A stretch of 64,000 nucleotides of DNA, taken from positions 3,277-67,276 of IMG/VR virus record IMGVR_UViG_3300042332_000310; one strand, 5' to 3'. The notes below the pieces were generated by a model, which worked only from the letters and a program-made list of their open reading frames with translations, was not told the DNA's origin and searched no databases. Positions within the stretch are counted from its first letter, which is position 1. Every line of letters starts with the position of its first letter. This DNA is from a virus. Of this stretch, positions 34,824 through 46,102 are shown one piece after another. The translations under genes and the position numbers were made by a program.

Positions 34824-37800
34824 CTATTGTTCCCCTGCCTTGTATTCAAATCCAGCTTTGTTGGCTAAATCATTTAATATTTGAAAATCTATGCTGAAAT
34901 CAACTCCTTTTAATTTTAACTCTTTTTCTTTGCCAGCAAGGTAAGATGCATAGTTAAGAAGCATTTTCTTAGTAATGGCTTTTGTGGCGATACCTTCAGC
35001 AATATAGTCATAGAACTCTGTTGGGGAATCTGCCATGTCTTGTCTCTTTTGAAATAACTTGTATGTTACCACATCAGAGTCATTATACAATACAGCTTTT
35101 GATACATCTTCTAAATTCTTGTTTTGGCTTGTAATGCCTCTAAATGCGAATATATCCTTATTACTAATAATGTTTAATTTAGCTTCAACTGACCTAGGCT
35201 CATTGTATTTCTCAATTACCCTGTTCATTTGAATAAGGTCTTCAATTCCAAACTTATCTGCTAATGACTTAAGATACTCAGCCTTAGCTAATGGGTCGCT
35301 TTGAGTTAATATGCCTGGAATCTCTTGGAAGATATTCTTTCCATCAACTTTCTTAAACTCTGTTAATTTAGAGCCAGCCTCCATAATTGTATCGTAATCC
35401 TTCTTCTGCTTATCTGTAAGCGCTCTATTCTTGATAATGTTGTATCCTTCAACAGCAACGCTCTTAAAGTCTGCAGGGAATAATCCAGTTGCCTGTAATG
35501 CGGTTACAGCTCCATAAATAGCTGACCTACTCTTATCTTCAGGTATAATCTTAAATTCTTTAGCTTGACCATTTATCTGCTTTTCAACCTCTTCTAAATA
35601 AGATGTTTCAAACATTTCATATCCTTTCATAAAACCTCCGATACCTATACCTATAAGACCAGCTTCTTGTCCTGGCTTTATATTCTTAGCTCCGCCTAGC
35701 TGTGGTCTTAATCCTTTAGGGATATCTGTGAAATTATCATAATACATATCCATAACCCCACCAACACCAGACTCAACTACAGAATTTAAAAGAGGGAATG
35801 GAGATATTAAATCTCCTACTATATTACGAAGTGTCATATCACTTCTCTTATTTTCTCTCCTTTCTAGCTCCATTTCAGAAGGAGTATGGTCGTTTAATAG
35901 GTCTGCACCACTTTGATATAAAGCAGACATATTACCTTTAATACTATTAAATACAACTGATTCTAATACTGTACCAAATGCATTTTGAGCACCATCTAAT
36001 CTATTCTCTAGGCTTGATGAAAGACTTGTAGCCTTTTGTACGTTGTTAAAGAAAGATATCTTTTGGTTCATCATAAAGTCAGATAATGGCATAACCATAT
36101 TCTTAACAAATCCAACCTTAGTATCTCTTGATGACATCATAGCACCTTTTAAATCTGTCTGTACTACGTTCTGCTTTTTATCTACTTGAGCTTGCGCAAA
36201 GTCGGCAGCCATATCATCTAGCTTTTCAACTTTAGACCAATCTATCTTATTTACATCTGTACCATTATCTTCAAGATACTTTGTGTAGTAAGACCAGAAT
36301 GCGGCTCTTCTAGATAAAGCATCACCCCTTCCTATTGTTTGCTTACCCCAATAAGCTGCAGCATCTTTGAAAAACCCAGCAACAGCGTTTGCATCTGAAC
36401 TTGAAGATTTCATAAATCTATCAATTGCTGTAAGACTTAATTGTCCTTCTAGAGTAGAGTTAGCTATATCTCTACCAGAATTATCTAGTAATCTTTTAAT
36501 ATTTGAATTTGTAGTAACCTCTTTAACACCCAATCTTCCTGTCTCCATAAATGATTTTCCTAATGGAGAAAGCTGTTGAGCAGCACCTCTAATACTAGCT
36601 AGTGTAGCAGATGATGCTAATGATGCTAATGTAGCAGATGTCTTAAAGAAGCTAGACTCATTAATCATATCTGATTCGTAAGAAGTCTTTCCTCTTGAAG
36701 AGTTTACATATTTTCTAAATCTCTTAGTTAAATTATCAGCATTTAATTCATTATCAAAAGAAGAAGCCATGCCCTTAGACCTAATAAATGCATCCATTTG
36801 AGCTACATACTTTGAGCTTTTTACATCAATAAGAGTAGACCTCATAGTATTCTTTTGGTCAGTTAAAAAGTCAAGGCTAAGGTATTTACCTTCTGCAACT
36901 TTTGGTTGTATATTAGAAGGCATAAATCGTCCGCTCTCCTTTTTAAATATCATATCGGCTGTAGATGGAATAAACCCTTCATCAAAAGAATCTTCATTAA
37001 CTGATAACTTCAAAGCGCCAGTACTTCTAAATACATCTGGAGTAAAATTATTTTGTCTTCCAAGTTCTTTATTGTAGAAATTCTTAGCGTGAGATTGCAT
37101 ATCTGGATACATCTCTTCCCATTTATTATTCCAGAACTTAACAGCCTCTATATTTGTTTTATCCATCTTAGACTCTACTTCATCTATAGAGTTAGCATCT
37201 TTTAATAATTTATCATATATCTTTTTATATGCAGAACCTAATTTTTTTATATCATTGTCACTACTAGATAGCATTTTGTTAATACTATCATCAAGCAAAC
37301 TCTTTCTAATTAAAAATTCTTCAGCAATGTCATCAGCAGTTCCTCCAGCATTTCTTAATACATGAGAATATAATCCCATCTCATGTATATTGTCTTGACT
37401 ATTTATAGCCATACCATTAGGTCTTGCCTTACCAATAAATTGTTTAAATCCATTCTCCATATTATCAATCATGGTATATGCTTGAGATATTGAGTTTTTG
37501 TAGTCATTAAAACCAGAAATCTTTCCAAACTCTACATCTTTAACACCAAACAACTTACTCATATAAACAGGAATAGAAGCAAAAGCATTTGTATATGCTG
37601 TTGAGTTTTTACCTGCACTTGTAATGGCTTTAATAGGAGACTGTCTATTGAACTCTGCATTCATATCTCCATAGTAACTATATAAAGGCTTTTGTAATCC
37701 TGAAGCATCTCCGTTTGTTACAAAGTTTCCTAATCCTTCTATAACTCTATATGCATCTGTAAGCTTCATATTTTTAATACCAGCCTTCATTACACTATTC

Positions 37801-40715
37801 AATATAGCCTTGTCTTGCTCTGGTATATCCAATTCAACTTTATTTCCAAATCCATCCTCTCCTTTTGTTAATATAGAATTAGCAACAGAGTATAAACTAG
37901 AAAATCTTCTATCTAAGAAAGACTTAATATTATTTGTTTTTTGAGCAGGAGGAACTGGATTCTTACCGTCTACATCTGATTCTATAGCAGCAACTATTGA
38001 CTCCATTTCATCAAATGGCATATCTTTTGATATAATACCCTGGTCTACTAAATCAGCATAATCATCCATCATATTCTGCTTATTCTTAGCAGCAATCATT
38101 TCCTTCTGCTTTGCAGTATATTCGTATACATCTTCAATCTTAAACGGCTGTGCAAAAGATTTTGCACTACCTTTTTGAGTTGTTTTAACACGTCTAACAC
38201 CTTCAAATACTTCATTTGCTTTAGCTATGTAGCCAGCTATATCATCAACTTCTGATGGGTTTATTTTAGCAAATTCTTTTGCTGTCTTAGATAAACCAAT
38301 ATCTAAATCTTTTCTTTTTGCAAGTTCAGCTATTTTATTTTTAATAGCTTTTGCTTGGCTTAAATTATCTTCATAATCTGCCTTGTTAATTACATTGCTA
38401 ACATAGTCAACAAATGCGTTCACTTGGTCATTATTTGTAATATTTAACTTATCATACTTCTTAAGTAAGTTCTGAAACTGAGTAGCTTTAACAGAGCCTC
38501 TCTTTTTATCAAGAGCTGCAATGCCATCTGATATTTGCTTTCTAGTAGCCTTTATACCATCTGCAGTAGACATTTGAGCCTTAATCATTCGCTTCACAAT
38601 AGACTTTTCTGTAACAGTTATTTTTTCTGTTACATTACCTAATATTTTATCAAGCGTCTTTTGAGCACTTAAACCCTTTACAGGCGGATTTCCAAAATGC
38701 TCCATAGCGGCGACTACATATTGCTCTCTATCATTACCATCTAGATTTTTATAAAACTGCGAGTTCTTTAAAATCTTAACAGCCTTTTGAGCAGCACCTC
38801 TTGTGTCTTCTGCATTTCTGCCTAACTGCTCTGTAGCTGCAGTAGTCATTTTACCGAATACGGCATTAGCATCCCCTTCTTTAAATACTTCAGGTGTTAC
38901 TACTTCCTCTTTGATGCCGACAGCGCGATAGCTATTATCTGCTTCATTGGTCGCTTGTTTTTGCTCGCCTTCAGTTCCCTGATATTGGCCGACACGGCTG
39001 TTTGCATCGCCTTCTTGGATTTCCCCTTGGAGTTTTGTAGTGGCATTTTTACTTATTTGTGCGGCCTCTTCTTGTGATATTAAAGTGCCGCTTGTTAATG
39101 GGTCAAGCTCTCCAGCTAACTCGTCGTCAGATGATAGAGCCTTTTTAATTCTAATATTTATATCGTCAATAACAGATAATGTCTCTGCTTTTGTAGGGTC
39201 ATTGTCAGGCATTAAACTAAATGCTTTTTGATACTTTTTCTTTTTAAGCATCAGCCCTATAACAGCAGGAACTTTATCATCTGATATCTGTGGATTTTCT
39301 TTTCTTAGTTTAGCAAAGTCGTCAACTTCTTTTAATATTTGGTCGTAAGTAGATTGGTTTATTTCTCCAGATTGCTTCATTTCAGAAAGCCTAGCAGTAA
39401 CAAAATCTTTATCAGCAGTAGCTGCCATATTTAATGCCCTTGCTTTAAGTGCATTACCCCCAGCTATTTTAGTAGCACCAACTGTTGTGCTCAATACTTT
39501 AAAAGAACCATTTAATAACATTGCATATTTAAATGCCTCAGTTCCTCTTCCTAATGGGTCTACATCTTCATCTCCTGTAGCAGATTCTATACCTTTAGCT
39601 CTAGCATATTCCATAAGTCCTACTGTGCCAGAACTAGCAACAGCTTCTGGAACATTGTATAATGCTGTTTTAGTAAGATATTGGGACAAATTATTTCCTG
39701 CTGCCTTTGCTGCTACAGATAAATCTTTAGCAATTTTACCTCCAGCTAATTGTAGTGCAGCATTTTCAGTAAAAGATGTAGTTAAGTTAGTAGCTCTATT
39801 TCTACTAGCTATTGCAGCAGCCTGACCTTTATCCATGCCATTATTTCTAGCCCTGATATAAGTCTCTTTTTCAGTTTCAAAGCCAGTTCCAAATGCCATG
39901 TATAATCCATTGAGTGTAGCAGATAATGCTGGTAAGGTATAAGCAGATGCAGCACCTCCAGATTCAACAGTAGCTGCTGTTAGTAATCCTGCTGTTGCAG
40001 CAGCACCTGCTATTGTTGTTATTCCTGCTCCCATACCTCCAATCAAAGTACCAGCTGTGCTTACTTCACCTTGAGGGATAGCCTTTAATGATTTTACAAA
40101 TTCTTGTTCAAGTATATCCTGCTTTTCTTTTTCACTTCCCTTATAATAATTTATTCCTATAGATTTATTATCAAAGAAATCTATAAATGATTTTGATGCA
40201 GATTGGAATATGTTTGCAGGCTTAGTAACAACATTGCCTTCAGGAGATATCACATAGTCTCCATTTCTAATACCAGACAATATATCTTTTTTATAATCTT
40301 CTCTAGGTTTTGAAGGAATGAATTTTCCAGAGTACTTCTGATTAACTGTTCTATCAACAGTAGCGTCAATCAAATCCTCAATAAGCTTATTATCAAATTT
40401 TGGCATTTGATAAGGCTTAGTAAAGTCTGGCTTTGCCTTTATCTCGTAAGTAGTAGGCTTAAGGCTTCTTTCTGGCTGTTTTGCAGGCGTTCTAGGGCCT
40501 TGTTGTTCTGTAGTATCTTCTGCTGCAGTTTGGATTAATTCTGGCTGAATAGGCTCAGCAATAGGCTCAGGAGTAGGTTCAGGAGCTTGCTCTATCTTTA
40601 TAGGCTCTACAGCCTTTTCTTTATATGGAGATACGCTTTTACTTTCTTTTGTTCTATCCAAAATAGACTTTAAAGTTCCTGCACTAGGTCGTCTTGATTG
40701 CTCTAAATAGGCCAT
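34824..40715 (-). CDS. large (1963 aa) putative internal virion/ejection protein
   Basis: Helical, Ala/Gly hydrophobic patches; cargo-gene position; no DxDxD motif seen. Confidence 0.7.
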   Translation of the reverse strand: MAYLEQSRRPSAGTLKSILDRTKESKSVSPYKEKAVEPIKIEQAPEPTPEPIAEPIQPELIQTAAEDTTEQQGPRTPAKQPERSLKPTTYEIKAKPDFTKPYQMPKFDNKLIEDLIDATVDRTVNQKYSGKFIPSKPREDYKKDILSGIRNGDYVISPEGNVVTKPANIFQSASKSFIDFFDNKSIGINYYKGSEKEKQDILEQEFVKSLKAIPQGEVSTAGTLIGGMGAGITTIAGAAATAGLLTAATVESGGAASAYTLPALSATLNGLYMAFGTGFETEKETYIRARNNGMDKGQAAAIASRNRATNLTTSFTENAALQLAGGKIAKDLSVAAKAAGNNLSQYLTKTALYNVPEAVASSGTVGLMEYARAKGIESATGDEDVDPLGRGTEAFKYAMLLNGSFKVLSTTVGATKIAGGNALKARALNMAATADKDFVTARLSEMKQSGEINQSTYDQILKEVDDFAKLRKENPQISDDKVPAVIGLMLKKKKYQKAFSLMPDNDPTKAETLSVIDDINIRIKKALSSDDELAGELDPLTSGTLISQEEAAQISKNATTKLQGEIQEGDANSRVGQYQGTEGEQKQATNEADNSYRAVGIKEEVVTPEVFKEGDANAVFGKMTTAATEQLGRNAEDTRGAAQKAVKILKNSQFYKNLDGNDREQYVVAAMEHFGNPPVKGLSAQKTLDKILGNVTEKITVTEKSIVKRMIKAQMSTADGIKATRKQISDGIAALDKKRGSVKATQFQNLLKKYDKLNITNNDQVNAFVDYVSNVINKADYEDNLSQAKAIKNKIAELAKRKDLDIGLSKTAKEFAKINPSEVDDIAGYIAKANEVFEGVRRVKTTQKGSAKSFAQPFKIEDVYEYTAKQKEMIAAKNKQNMMDDYADLVDQGIISKDMPFDEMESIVAAIESDVDGKNPVPPAQKTNNIKSFLDRRFSSLYSVANSILTKGEDGFGNKVELDIPEQDKAILNSVMKAGIKNMKLTDAYRVIEGLGNFVTNGDASGLQKPLYSYYGDMNAEFNRQSPIKAITSAGKNSTAYTNAFASIPVYMSKLFGVKDVEFGKISGFNDYKNSISQAYTMIDNMENGFKQFIGKARPNGMAINSQDNIHEMGLYSHVLRNAGGTADDIAEEFLIRKSLLDDSINKMLSSSDNDIKKLGSAYKKIYDKLLKDANSIDEVESKMDKTNIEAVKFWNNKWEEMYPDMQSHAKNFYNKELGRQNNFTPDVFRSTGALKLSVNEDSFDEGFIPSTADMIFKKESGRFMPSNIQPKVAEGKYLSLDFLTDQKNTMRSTLIDVKSSKYVAQMDAFIRSKGMASSFDNELNADNLTKRFRKYVNSSRGKTSYESDMINESSFFKTSATLASLASSATLASIRGAAQQLSPLGKSFMETGRLGVKEVTTNSNIKRLLDNSGRDIANSTLEGQLSLTAIDRFMKSSSSDANAVAGFFKDAAAYWGKQTIGRGDALSRRAAFWSYYTKYLEDNGTDVNKIDWSKVEKLDDMAADFAQAQVDKKQNVVQTDLKGAMMSSRDTKVGFVKNMVMPLSDFMMNQKISFFNNVQKATSLSSSLENRLDGAQNAFGTVLESVVFNSIKGNMSALYQSGADLLNDHTPSEMELERRENKRSDMTLRNIVGDLISPFPLLNSVVESGVGGVMDMYYDNFTDIPKGLRPQLGGAKNIKPGQEAGLIGIGIGGFMKGYEMFETSYLEEVEKQINGQAKEFKIIPEDKSRSAIYGAVTALQATGLFPADFKSVAVEGYNIIKNRALTDKQKKDYDTIMEAGSKLTEFKKVDGKNIFQEIPGILTQSDPLAKAEYLKSLADKFGIEDLIQMNRVIEKYNEPRSVEAKLNIISNKDIFAFRGITSQNKNLEDVSKAVLYNDSDVVTYKLFQKRQDMADSPTEFYDYIAEGIATKAITKKMLLNYASYLAGKEKELKLKGVDFSIDFQILNDLANKAGFEYKAGEQ

Positions 40716-40768
40716 AATCTACATTATATATTAATGCAAATCTAACCATTTTTTGCCACTTTGTATCC

Positions 40769-42007
40769 CTATTTGTTCTCTTCTGCAGTAGCGTTTGCTG
40801 TAGCTCTAGCAACAACTTCTAATGGACTTAATCCTTTATTTTTACCAGCTTCAATATCTCTCATTAGCTTAGGTATATCTTTTACACCAAGATTCGTCAA
40901 ATCCTGTTGTATATTACCAGAGTTATTTACAATAGCACTAGCGCCATCTCTTAAAATAAATCCGAATGTTCTATAAGCTGAAGCTTGAAGGGCATTTGTT
41001 TGTGCATTCTTTTGAGAAGCAGCTAAGAATCCTTTAGATATTTCTATCTTTTGTTGTGCATTTAAAGCCCCTAATTGCTTCAATTTTGTAGTAAGGTCGC
41101 TCATATCAATAATTTCCTTGCCTGTTGTTTTGCTATCGTAAACACCCATTGAAGTAGCTGTTAAATGAACTGGCTCAATTAAATCTATAGAAGAAAGTCC
41201 TGCTTTTGTAGCAATATTTTTTGCAGCAGAAAGCGCATCTTCTTTCTCCTTAGTGCCATCTGGCATAGCTAATTTAGCCTTAAGATTTTTATACATCTCT
41301 ACACCTGAATTATTAACAGGACTAGATTTCAATGACTCAATTATTAAATCGTTGGCTTCTTTAGAAGATGAGAATGTTGGAGTATATCTAAAAACTTTAG
41401 CCTTACCCAAAATAGGCAAGTCAATATCCTCTTCAGACCTATTAGCTTGAACAAAATTTGTTTTAGTCTTGTCAATCATAGTCCTAGTCTTTATCAAATC
41501 ATCAGCTTTAGGAGATAAATTTAACGACATTTCTTCTTCTAAATCTGTTTCTTGCATTTTAGATACTGGAGTATTAACTAACGTTGATATAGACCTTTTG
41601 TATTCTAAAGGGACAACGTATCCCATTTTTTGAGCAGTTTCAATCTCTTTAGTAAGTCTTAAAACCTTATCATTCTTCATTTTAGACTTGCCGTATATGG
41701 TAGCAAGTTTAGCTTGAGATGCTCTTAATTGCTTATCTATTTCATCAAGGTTTTCTTTACTTCTTCCAGTTTCTGCTCTTAGTTGTCTTTTAGCCAAATC
41801 TTTGTTTTCCTGAAATGCATTTATATAGTCTGTTCTATCTGAGTCAGATATCTTAGTTGGGTCAAACATTCTAGAATATTCTCTCCAATCATTATCAAAC
41901 ATCCTTTGCTCTTGCATCTGTCTTTCTGCAGCAATCCTCATCCCTTGAGCTATTCCTTCGCCAAGTCCAGAAAAATCAACACCTTGTGTATAGAAATTTA
42001 ATGCCAT
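40769..42007 (-). CDS. putative internal virion/cargo protein
   Basis: 412 aa helical protein between the muzzle and the large protein. Confidence 0.62.
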   Translation of the reverse strand: MALNFYTQGVDFSGLGEGIAQGMRIAAERQMQEQRMFDNDWREYSRMFDPTKISDSDRTDYINAFQENKDLAKRQLRAETGRSKENLDEIDKQLRASQAKLATIYGKSKMKNDKVLRLTKEIETAQKMGYVVPLEYKRSISTLVNTPVSKMQETDLEEEMSLNLSPKADDLIKTRTMIDKTKTNFVQANRSEEDIDLPILGKAKVFRYTPTFSSSKEANDLIIESLKSSPVNNSGVEMYKNLKAKLAMPDGTKEKEDALSAAKNIATKAGLSSIDLIEPVHLTATSMGVYDSKTTGKEIIDMSDLTTKLKQLGALNAQQKIEISKGFLAASQKNAQTNALQASAYRTFGFILRDGASAIVNNSGNIQQDLTNLGVKDIPKLMRDIEAGKNKGLSPLEVVARATANATAEENK

Positions 42008-42027
42008 ATTGGTTTTTTATATTTTAT

Positions 42028-42627
42028 TTATTTTGGTTTACCTAAAGCAGCTCCAAGAACTTGGCCACCAAATGACATCAGCCCACTTAATGTTTGCGCT
42101 CTTCTAGCCTTTTTAGCAGAAAGTTCGTTATATACAGCTTCTGCTTTATATTTTTGAAGGTCGCTTTGAGCCTGTCCAAATTGCATGCCTGTCTGAATAC
42201 CTGCTAATTGGTTTTCTCTTCTTATCATTGCATCATCTGCAGCTAATCTTAAAGCAAAATCACTTGAACTTTGAAGTAATCCAGGAGCAGATGCTAGGAA
42301 AGAACGTTTACTTCTAGCTTGAGAAGCAAGTGCATTTTGTCCTCTTGCCTGTTGTTGAATAGCCATTTGTCTTGAAGCAGCATCCATACCTTGTCCAGCT
42401 AATGCTTGAGATTTTTGATAAGCGTCCATCATCTCTGGAGATAATCCAAGCCCTTGAATATTTTTCATAGCTTCCTCCATCTGCCTAGTTAATTTGCTTT
42501 TACCAAAAATACCAGTAGCTGCCAGACCTAATCCACCAGTAAGAACACCAGTTGCAATCTTGCCTCCTTTTGTTTTTAAAAAGGGTTTATTGGTTGGAGC
42601 AGTCGCTGCCATATTTTCTTGAGCCAT
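42028..42627 (-). CDS. putative internal virion/ejection protein
   Basis: Gly/Ala hydrophobic ends and Gln/Ala-rich helical core. Confidence 0.68.
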   Translation of the reverse strand: MAQENMAATAPTNKPFLKTKGGKIATGVLTGGLGLAATGIFGKSKLTRQMEEAMKNIQGLGLSPEMMDAYQKSQALAGQGMDAASRQMAIQQQARGQNALASQARSKRSFLASAPGLLQSSSDFALRLAADDAMIRRENQLAGIQTGMQFGQAQSDLQKYKAEAVYNELSAKKARRAQTLSGLMSFGGQVLGAALGKPK

Positions 42628-42628
42628 T

Positions 42629-45600
42629 TTATCTATTATTTAAAGGTTGTAATATTCCTAATTCTGCGTAGTACAAATCTACTAAGTTTTGCGGATTTGT
42701 AGCTTTCAAGTTTAATTCAAGCCATGAACCCTTCAATACCTTTCCACCATATAGTCCACCAACGCTATTAATGTCTCTTTTAAAAGATGCATGATATTTA
42801 TCATCTTTTATCTTAAAATCAGAACTTAACAGCTTTGAATTGTTATTCATATTGGTAACAATATCGCTAGTCAAAGGAGCTGTCCATGTAGTATTTCCTA
42901 GTATAGTAAGCGTATTGTAATGCTTTTTTACACTAGGACTCTGATTAAATATCAATTTAATAGAAGGAGTTTGCTGTACTCCGTAAAAGTTAGCGTAAGC
43001 TGTAGTATTATTATGTGCCCATAACTCACCATTCTTCCAAGATACTACAAGGTTACCAGCAACAGTAATCCATTCTGGATTATAATCATAGAATGCACTA
43101 TATGCATTTCTAGGCTCAGAGAACCCAAATGTGTAGTCTGTTATAGTGCTCCCACTTCCCTGCATAACAGTTATAAACTCTTCTTCAAATGCATCATAAA
43201 CACCTAATACTTTAGCATACCCTCCGTTACCAAACTTATCAGCATTATTTGTTTTTTGATATTTAGTTATCTTATCTGTAAGGAAAAAGTGAGCTTTGTA
43301 TGTTTCACTTATAGAAGTCATACCATCTGCAGCTAATCTAACTTGACACCCAAGTATTGGGTCTGTAAAGTAGTCAGCGCTAGCAGAAGATGCTAATGAG
43401 CAATACTGCTCACCAATTCCATAATCACCTTGATAATACTGAATGCTATTTAAAATTTCTGAACTTTGAGATACCACGCTTCCTCCATCAGCAGTCTGTA
43501 GTACATTTTGTAATACAGGAACAACTCCACAAGCTCTATTTTGGAATACTTTTAACTGCTGTCCTCTTATTTTAAATCTTTGTATATCTCCCTTTTGCCT
43601 ATCATATTCATCAAGATTTGCAGGGTTAAATCTATTTGTATTATTTATATTTGTTCCTTGCTCGTATTCGCCTGAATATCTTATAAGGGTAGGATAATAT
43701 GTTTCTTTTGCATATTCATCTATTACAAAAGCTCTGCCATTGCCATCTATTTTAGATGGATATTTATCAGACACAGACATATCAATTACATAAGCATTAT
43801 TATTTCTTCTTCTGTTGTATACGTCTCCTCTAATAAAGTTATACTTAGCAGGTCTAGAGCCTGTTCCTATGATTTGATTTTGTCCAGCTCCTTCATGCAC
43901 AAGGTTATTATTAGCATCTTTTATAATATAATAATCTTCCCCAAACTCGTAATATAATTGCTGTTCGTCGGTTGCATTAGGAAAGGTACTATACAGCTCT
44001 AGATAGTATCCTGTAGTAGATGTTTCCCATTGACTCATTAAACTAGCGTCATATGTAACTTTTATCCAATATCCTGTTCCAGTTCCATCATTATCTCCAG
44101 TAGGATTTTCTAATACAACATCTAATATTGGCAAATCTAATGCAAGGCTATTAAATCCATATATCTTAACTCTATCCCCTTTTTGGAATGAATATACAGG
44201 ATATCCATTTTTATTTTTATTATAATTACTAATATCCATATATCCATAAAGAGTATCCTTATGAACTTTATTTGTAGTAGCCCAAATAAAATTAGATGAA
44301 GTTAAATTATTAGTTCTTACAAAAGAAAATGTTTTAGCCCAAGAAGGAGGTGCATGATTTACATCAATTAATATCTTTGGATTATAAAGCAATGAATTTC
44401 CTATTGCATTACTACCTACTACTTTTAATGGCAATGTTGTAACCTTCATTGAATCACCAGTTACAACACCATTAGTAACTCCAAATTCATCAAAATAAAC
44501 TATACCAAATTTATATGTAGAGCTATGTTTGTAGCATGATATATTTACATCTGTAGGAATCTCTGTTGATACTAAATCAACATAAGCTTCTCCTACTGTA
44601 TTCCATGTAATTCTATTTCCTGTAGGAGTATATGATACTAAGAGGTCATTAGTGCTACTACTTGTTCCTGATAATTTTGCTTCTGCGTCTATAACTCCTT
44701 TAAAATAGTCTCTTATATTTGTCGCAGTAGTAGTTCCATTAGGGACTGTATAATCATATCCAAAAGTTTCTTCAGTAACCTCAACTGGAAAAACATTATC
44801 ATTTGTAACTGTAACTACTACATCTAATCTAACCTTGTCTCCCATAGCAGGAACACCACTAAATATAAATCTCCAGTTCCTACCAACATCCTGAGATGTA
44901 ACACTTAATAAAGCAGTACTAGAAGAAGGCTCTTGCTCATCTGCTGTTATTGTAACAGATATTGGATTATTAAAAGTATTTCCTTCTAATATTCCTCCAT
45001 ATGCTAATATATTACCATTAAGTAATTCTTGCGTATTAGCTTTCTTAGGTACATAATCAAATAATTGAATACTTTCTGTAACATTTGAGAATGGATAAGC
45101 TCCATCATTAAAAAAATTATATACTCTAGTAACATTACTTGGCATTGCCAATCTTTGCTTATCTAATACAGTAACTATCATCCTGTCCGAAAATGCAGAA
45201 GCAATAGTCTCTCTTGTAGATATTTCTATTCTATAACAATCTATAGGGCCTGTATTATATGATACGCTTATTACGTTATTTTTTGTAGGGTCTGCGTCTA
45301 AGTTTAAATCAGTAATATTAAATGGTGCAAAGACTTTACTCCATGGACTCCATGTAGATTTAGTATTGTCTTTGTATACCCATCTGTAACTAAATTGGAA
45401 TAACTTACTTCTAAGATTATTTTGAGTATCTGGACTATCTCCATAAGAACATACTGGTGCTTTTGTAGGCATCTTCCTAGCAACAGTTAAATATTCCATT
45501 TTCCAATTTGTTCCATAAGTTTTACCTGATACTGTAGCTTCTTTTATATTAAGCTTCATAGGTTTATTATTCCTATCAGTCCAATGAATCACATCACCTT

Positions 45601-45829
45601 CGTCTTCTGTTCTATAAAGTATATTAATAGATGCAATAGGGAACTTAGGGTCAAAATTAAATATATCCTCTTGACTATCTATAAATGATATTAAAAGTGG
45701 AGATATAGTATTTGCCTTAACATCATAAGAATATATACCATGATAACCAGCTGAGTTATAGTTAAAGTAAAATACCCTCTGCTTTAACTCGTCGTAATGA
45801 GAACCTATACATTGATTTGTAGACGGCAT
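42629..45829 (-). CDS. tail stabilization/muzzle protein (crAss Tstab-like), apparently lacking its usual N-terminal ~60 aa
   Basis: CIGS...FYF, WTD.NNKP.KLN, FQFSYRWVYKD, FGIVYFDEFG, YGIG, GVYD motifs; follows the ring genes. Confidence 0.8.
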   Translation of the reverse strand: MPSTNQCIGSHYDELKQRVFYFNYNSAGYHGIYSYDVKANTISPLLISFIDSQEDIFNFDPKFPIASINILYRTEDEGDVIHWTDRNNKPMKLNIKEATVSGKTYGTNWKMEYLTVARKMPTKAPVCSYGDSPDTQNNLRSKLFQFSYRWVYKDNTKSTWSPWSKVFAPFNITDLNLDADPTKNNVISVSYNTGPIDCYRIEISTRETIASAFSDRMIVTVLDKQRLAMPSNVTRVYNFFNDGAYPFSNVTESIQLFDYVPKKANTQELLNGNILAYGGILEGNTFNNPISVTITADEQEPSSSTALLSVTSQDVGRNWRFIFSGVPAMGDKVRLDVVVTVTNDNVFPVEVTEETFGYDYTVPNGTTTATNIRDYFKGVIDAEAKLSGTSSSTNDLLVSYTPTGNRITWNTVGEAYVDLVSTEIPTDVNISCYKHSSTYKFGIVYFDEFGVTNGVVTGDSMKVTTLPLKVVGSNAIGNSLLYNPKILIDVNHAPPSWAKTFSFVRTNNLTSSNFIWATTNKVHKDTLYGYMDISNYNKNKNGYPVYSFQKGDRVKIYGFNSLALDLPILDVVLENPTGDNDGTGTGYWIKVTYDASLMSQWETSTTGYYLELYSTFPNATDEQQLYYEFGEDYYIIKDANNNLVHEGAGQNQIIGTGSRPAKYNFIRGDVYNRRRNNNAYVIDMSVSDKYPSKIDGNGRAFVIDEYAKETYYPTLIRYSGEYEQGTNINNTNRFNPANLDEYDRQKGDIQRFKIRGQQLKVFQNRACGVVPVLQNVLQTADGGSVVSQSSEILNSIQYYQGDYGIGEQYCSLASSASADYFTDPILGCQVRLAADGMTSISETYKAHFFLTDKITKYQKTNNADKFGNGGYAKVLGVYDAFEEEFITVMQGSGSTITDYTFGFSEPRNAYSAFYDYNPEWITVAGNLVVSWKNGELWAHNNTTAYANFYGVQQTPSIKLIFNQSPSVKKHYNTLTILGNTTWTAPLTSDIVTNMNNNSKLLSSDFKIKDDKYHASFKRDINSVGGLYGGKVLKGSWLELNLKATNPQNLVDLYYAELGILQPLNNR

Positions 45830-45832
45830 TTA

Positions 45833-46069
45833 TTATGTTTTGAATCTTAGTGTAATAGAATTTGTACAATATGTAGTGCTTGACTGAACTTTAATTTGGA
45901 AGGCTGTATCAGGCACATCAGTATATCTAATAGCAGTACCAACCGTGAATGAAACACCTGTTTTAGTCCACCCAGCCACAAGAGCACCTGCTGTGTCCAA
46001 AGCTGTTAATGTAAAGTTTCCTGTATCTAAGCCTTTTGTTGAAAGCGTTACGTCTACTGTTTGAGGCAT
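45833..46069 (-). CDS. small beta-rich virion-type protein
   Basis: VTLSTKGLDTGNF...VPD...IKVQS...CTN; promoter box at 46090-46097. Confidence 0.7.
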   Translation of the reverse strand: MPQTVDVTLSTKGLDTGNFTLTALDTAGALVAGWTKTGVSFTVGTAIRYTDVPDTAFQIKVQSSTTYCTNSITLRFKT

Positions 46070-46102
46070 TGAAATTCAATTTAATGGTTCAAAGATACGA
46101 AT

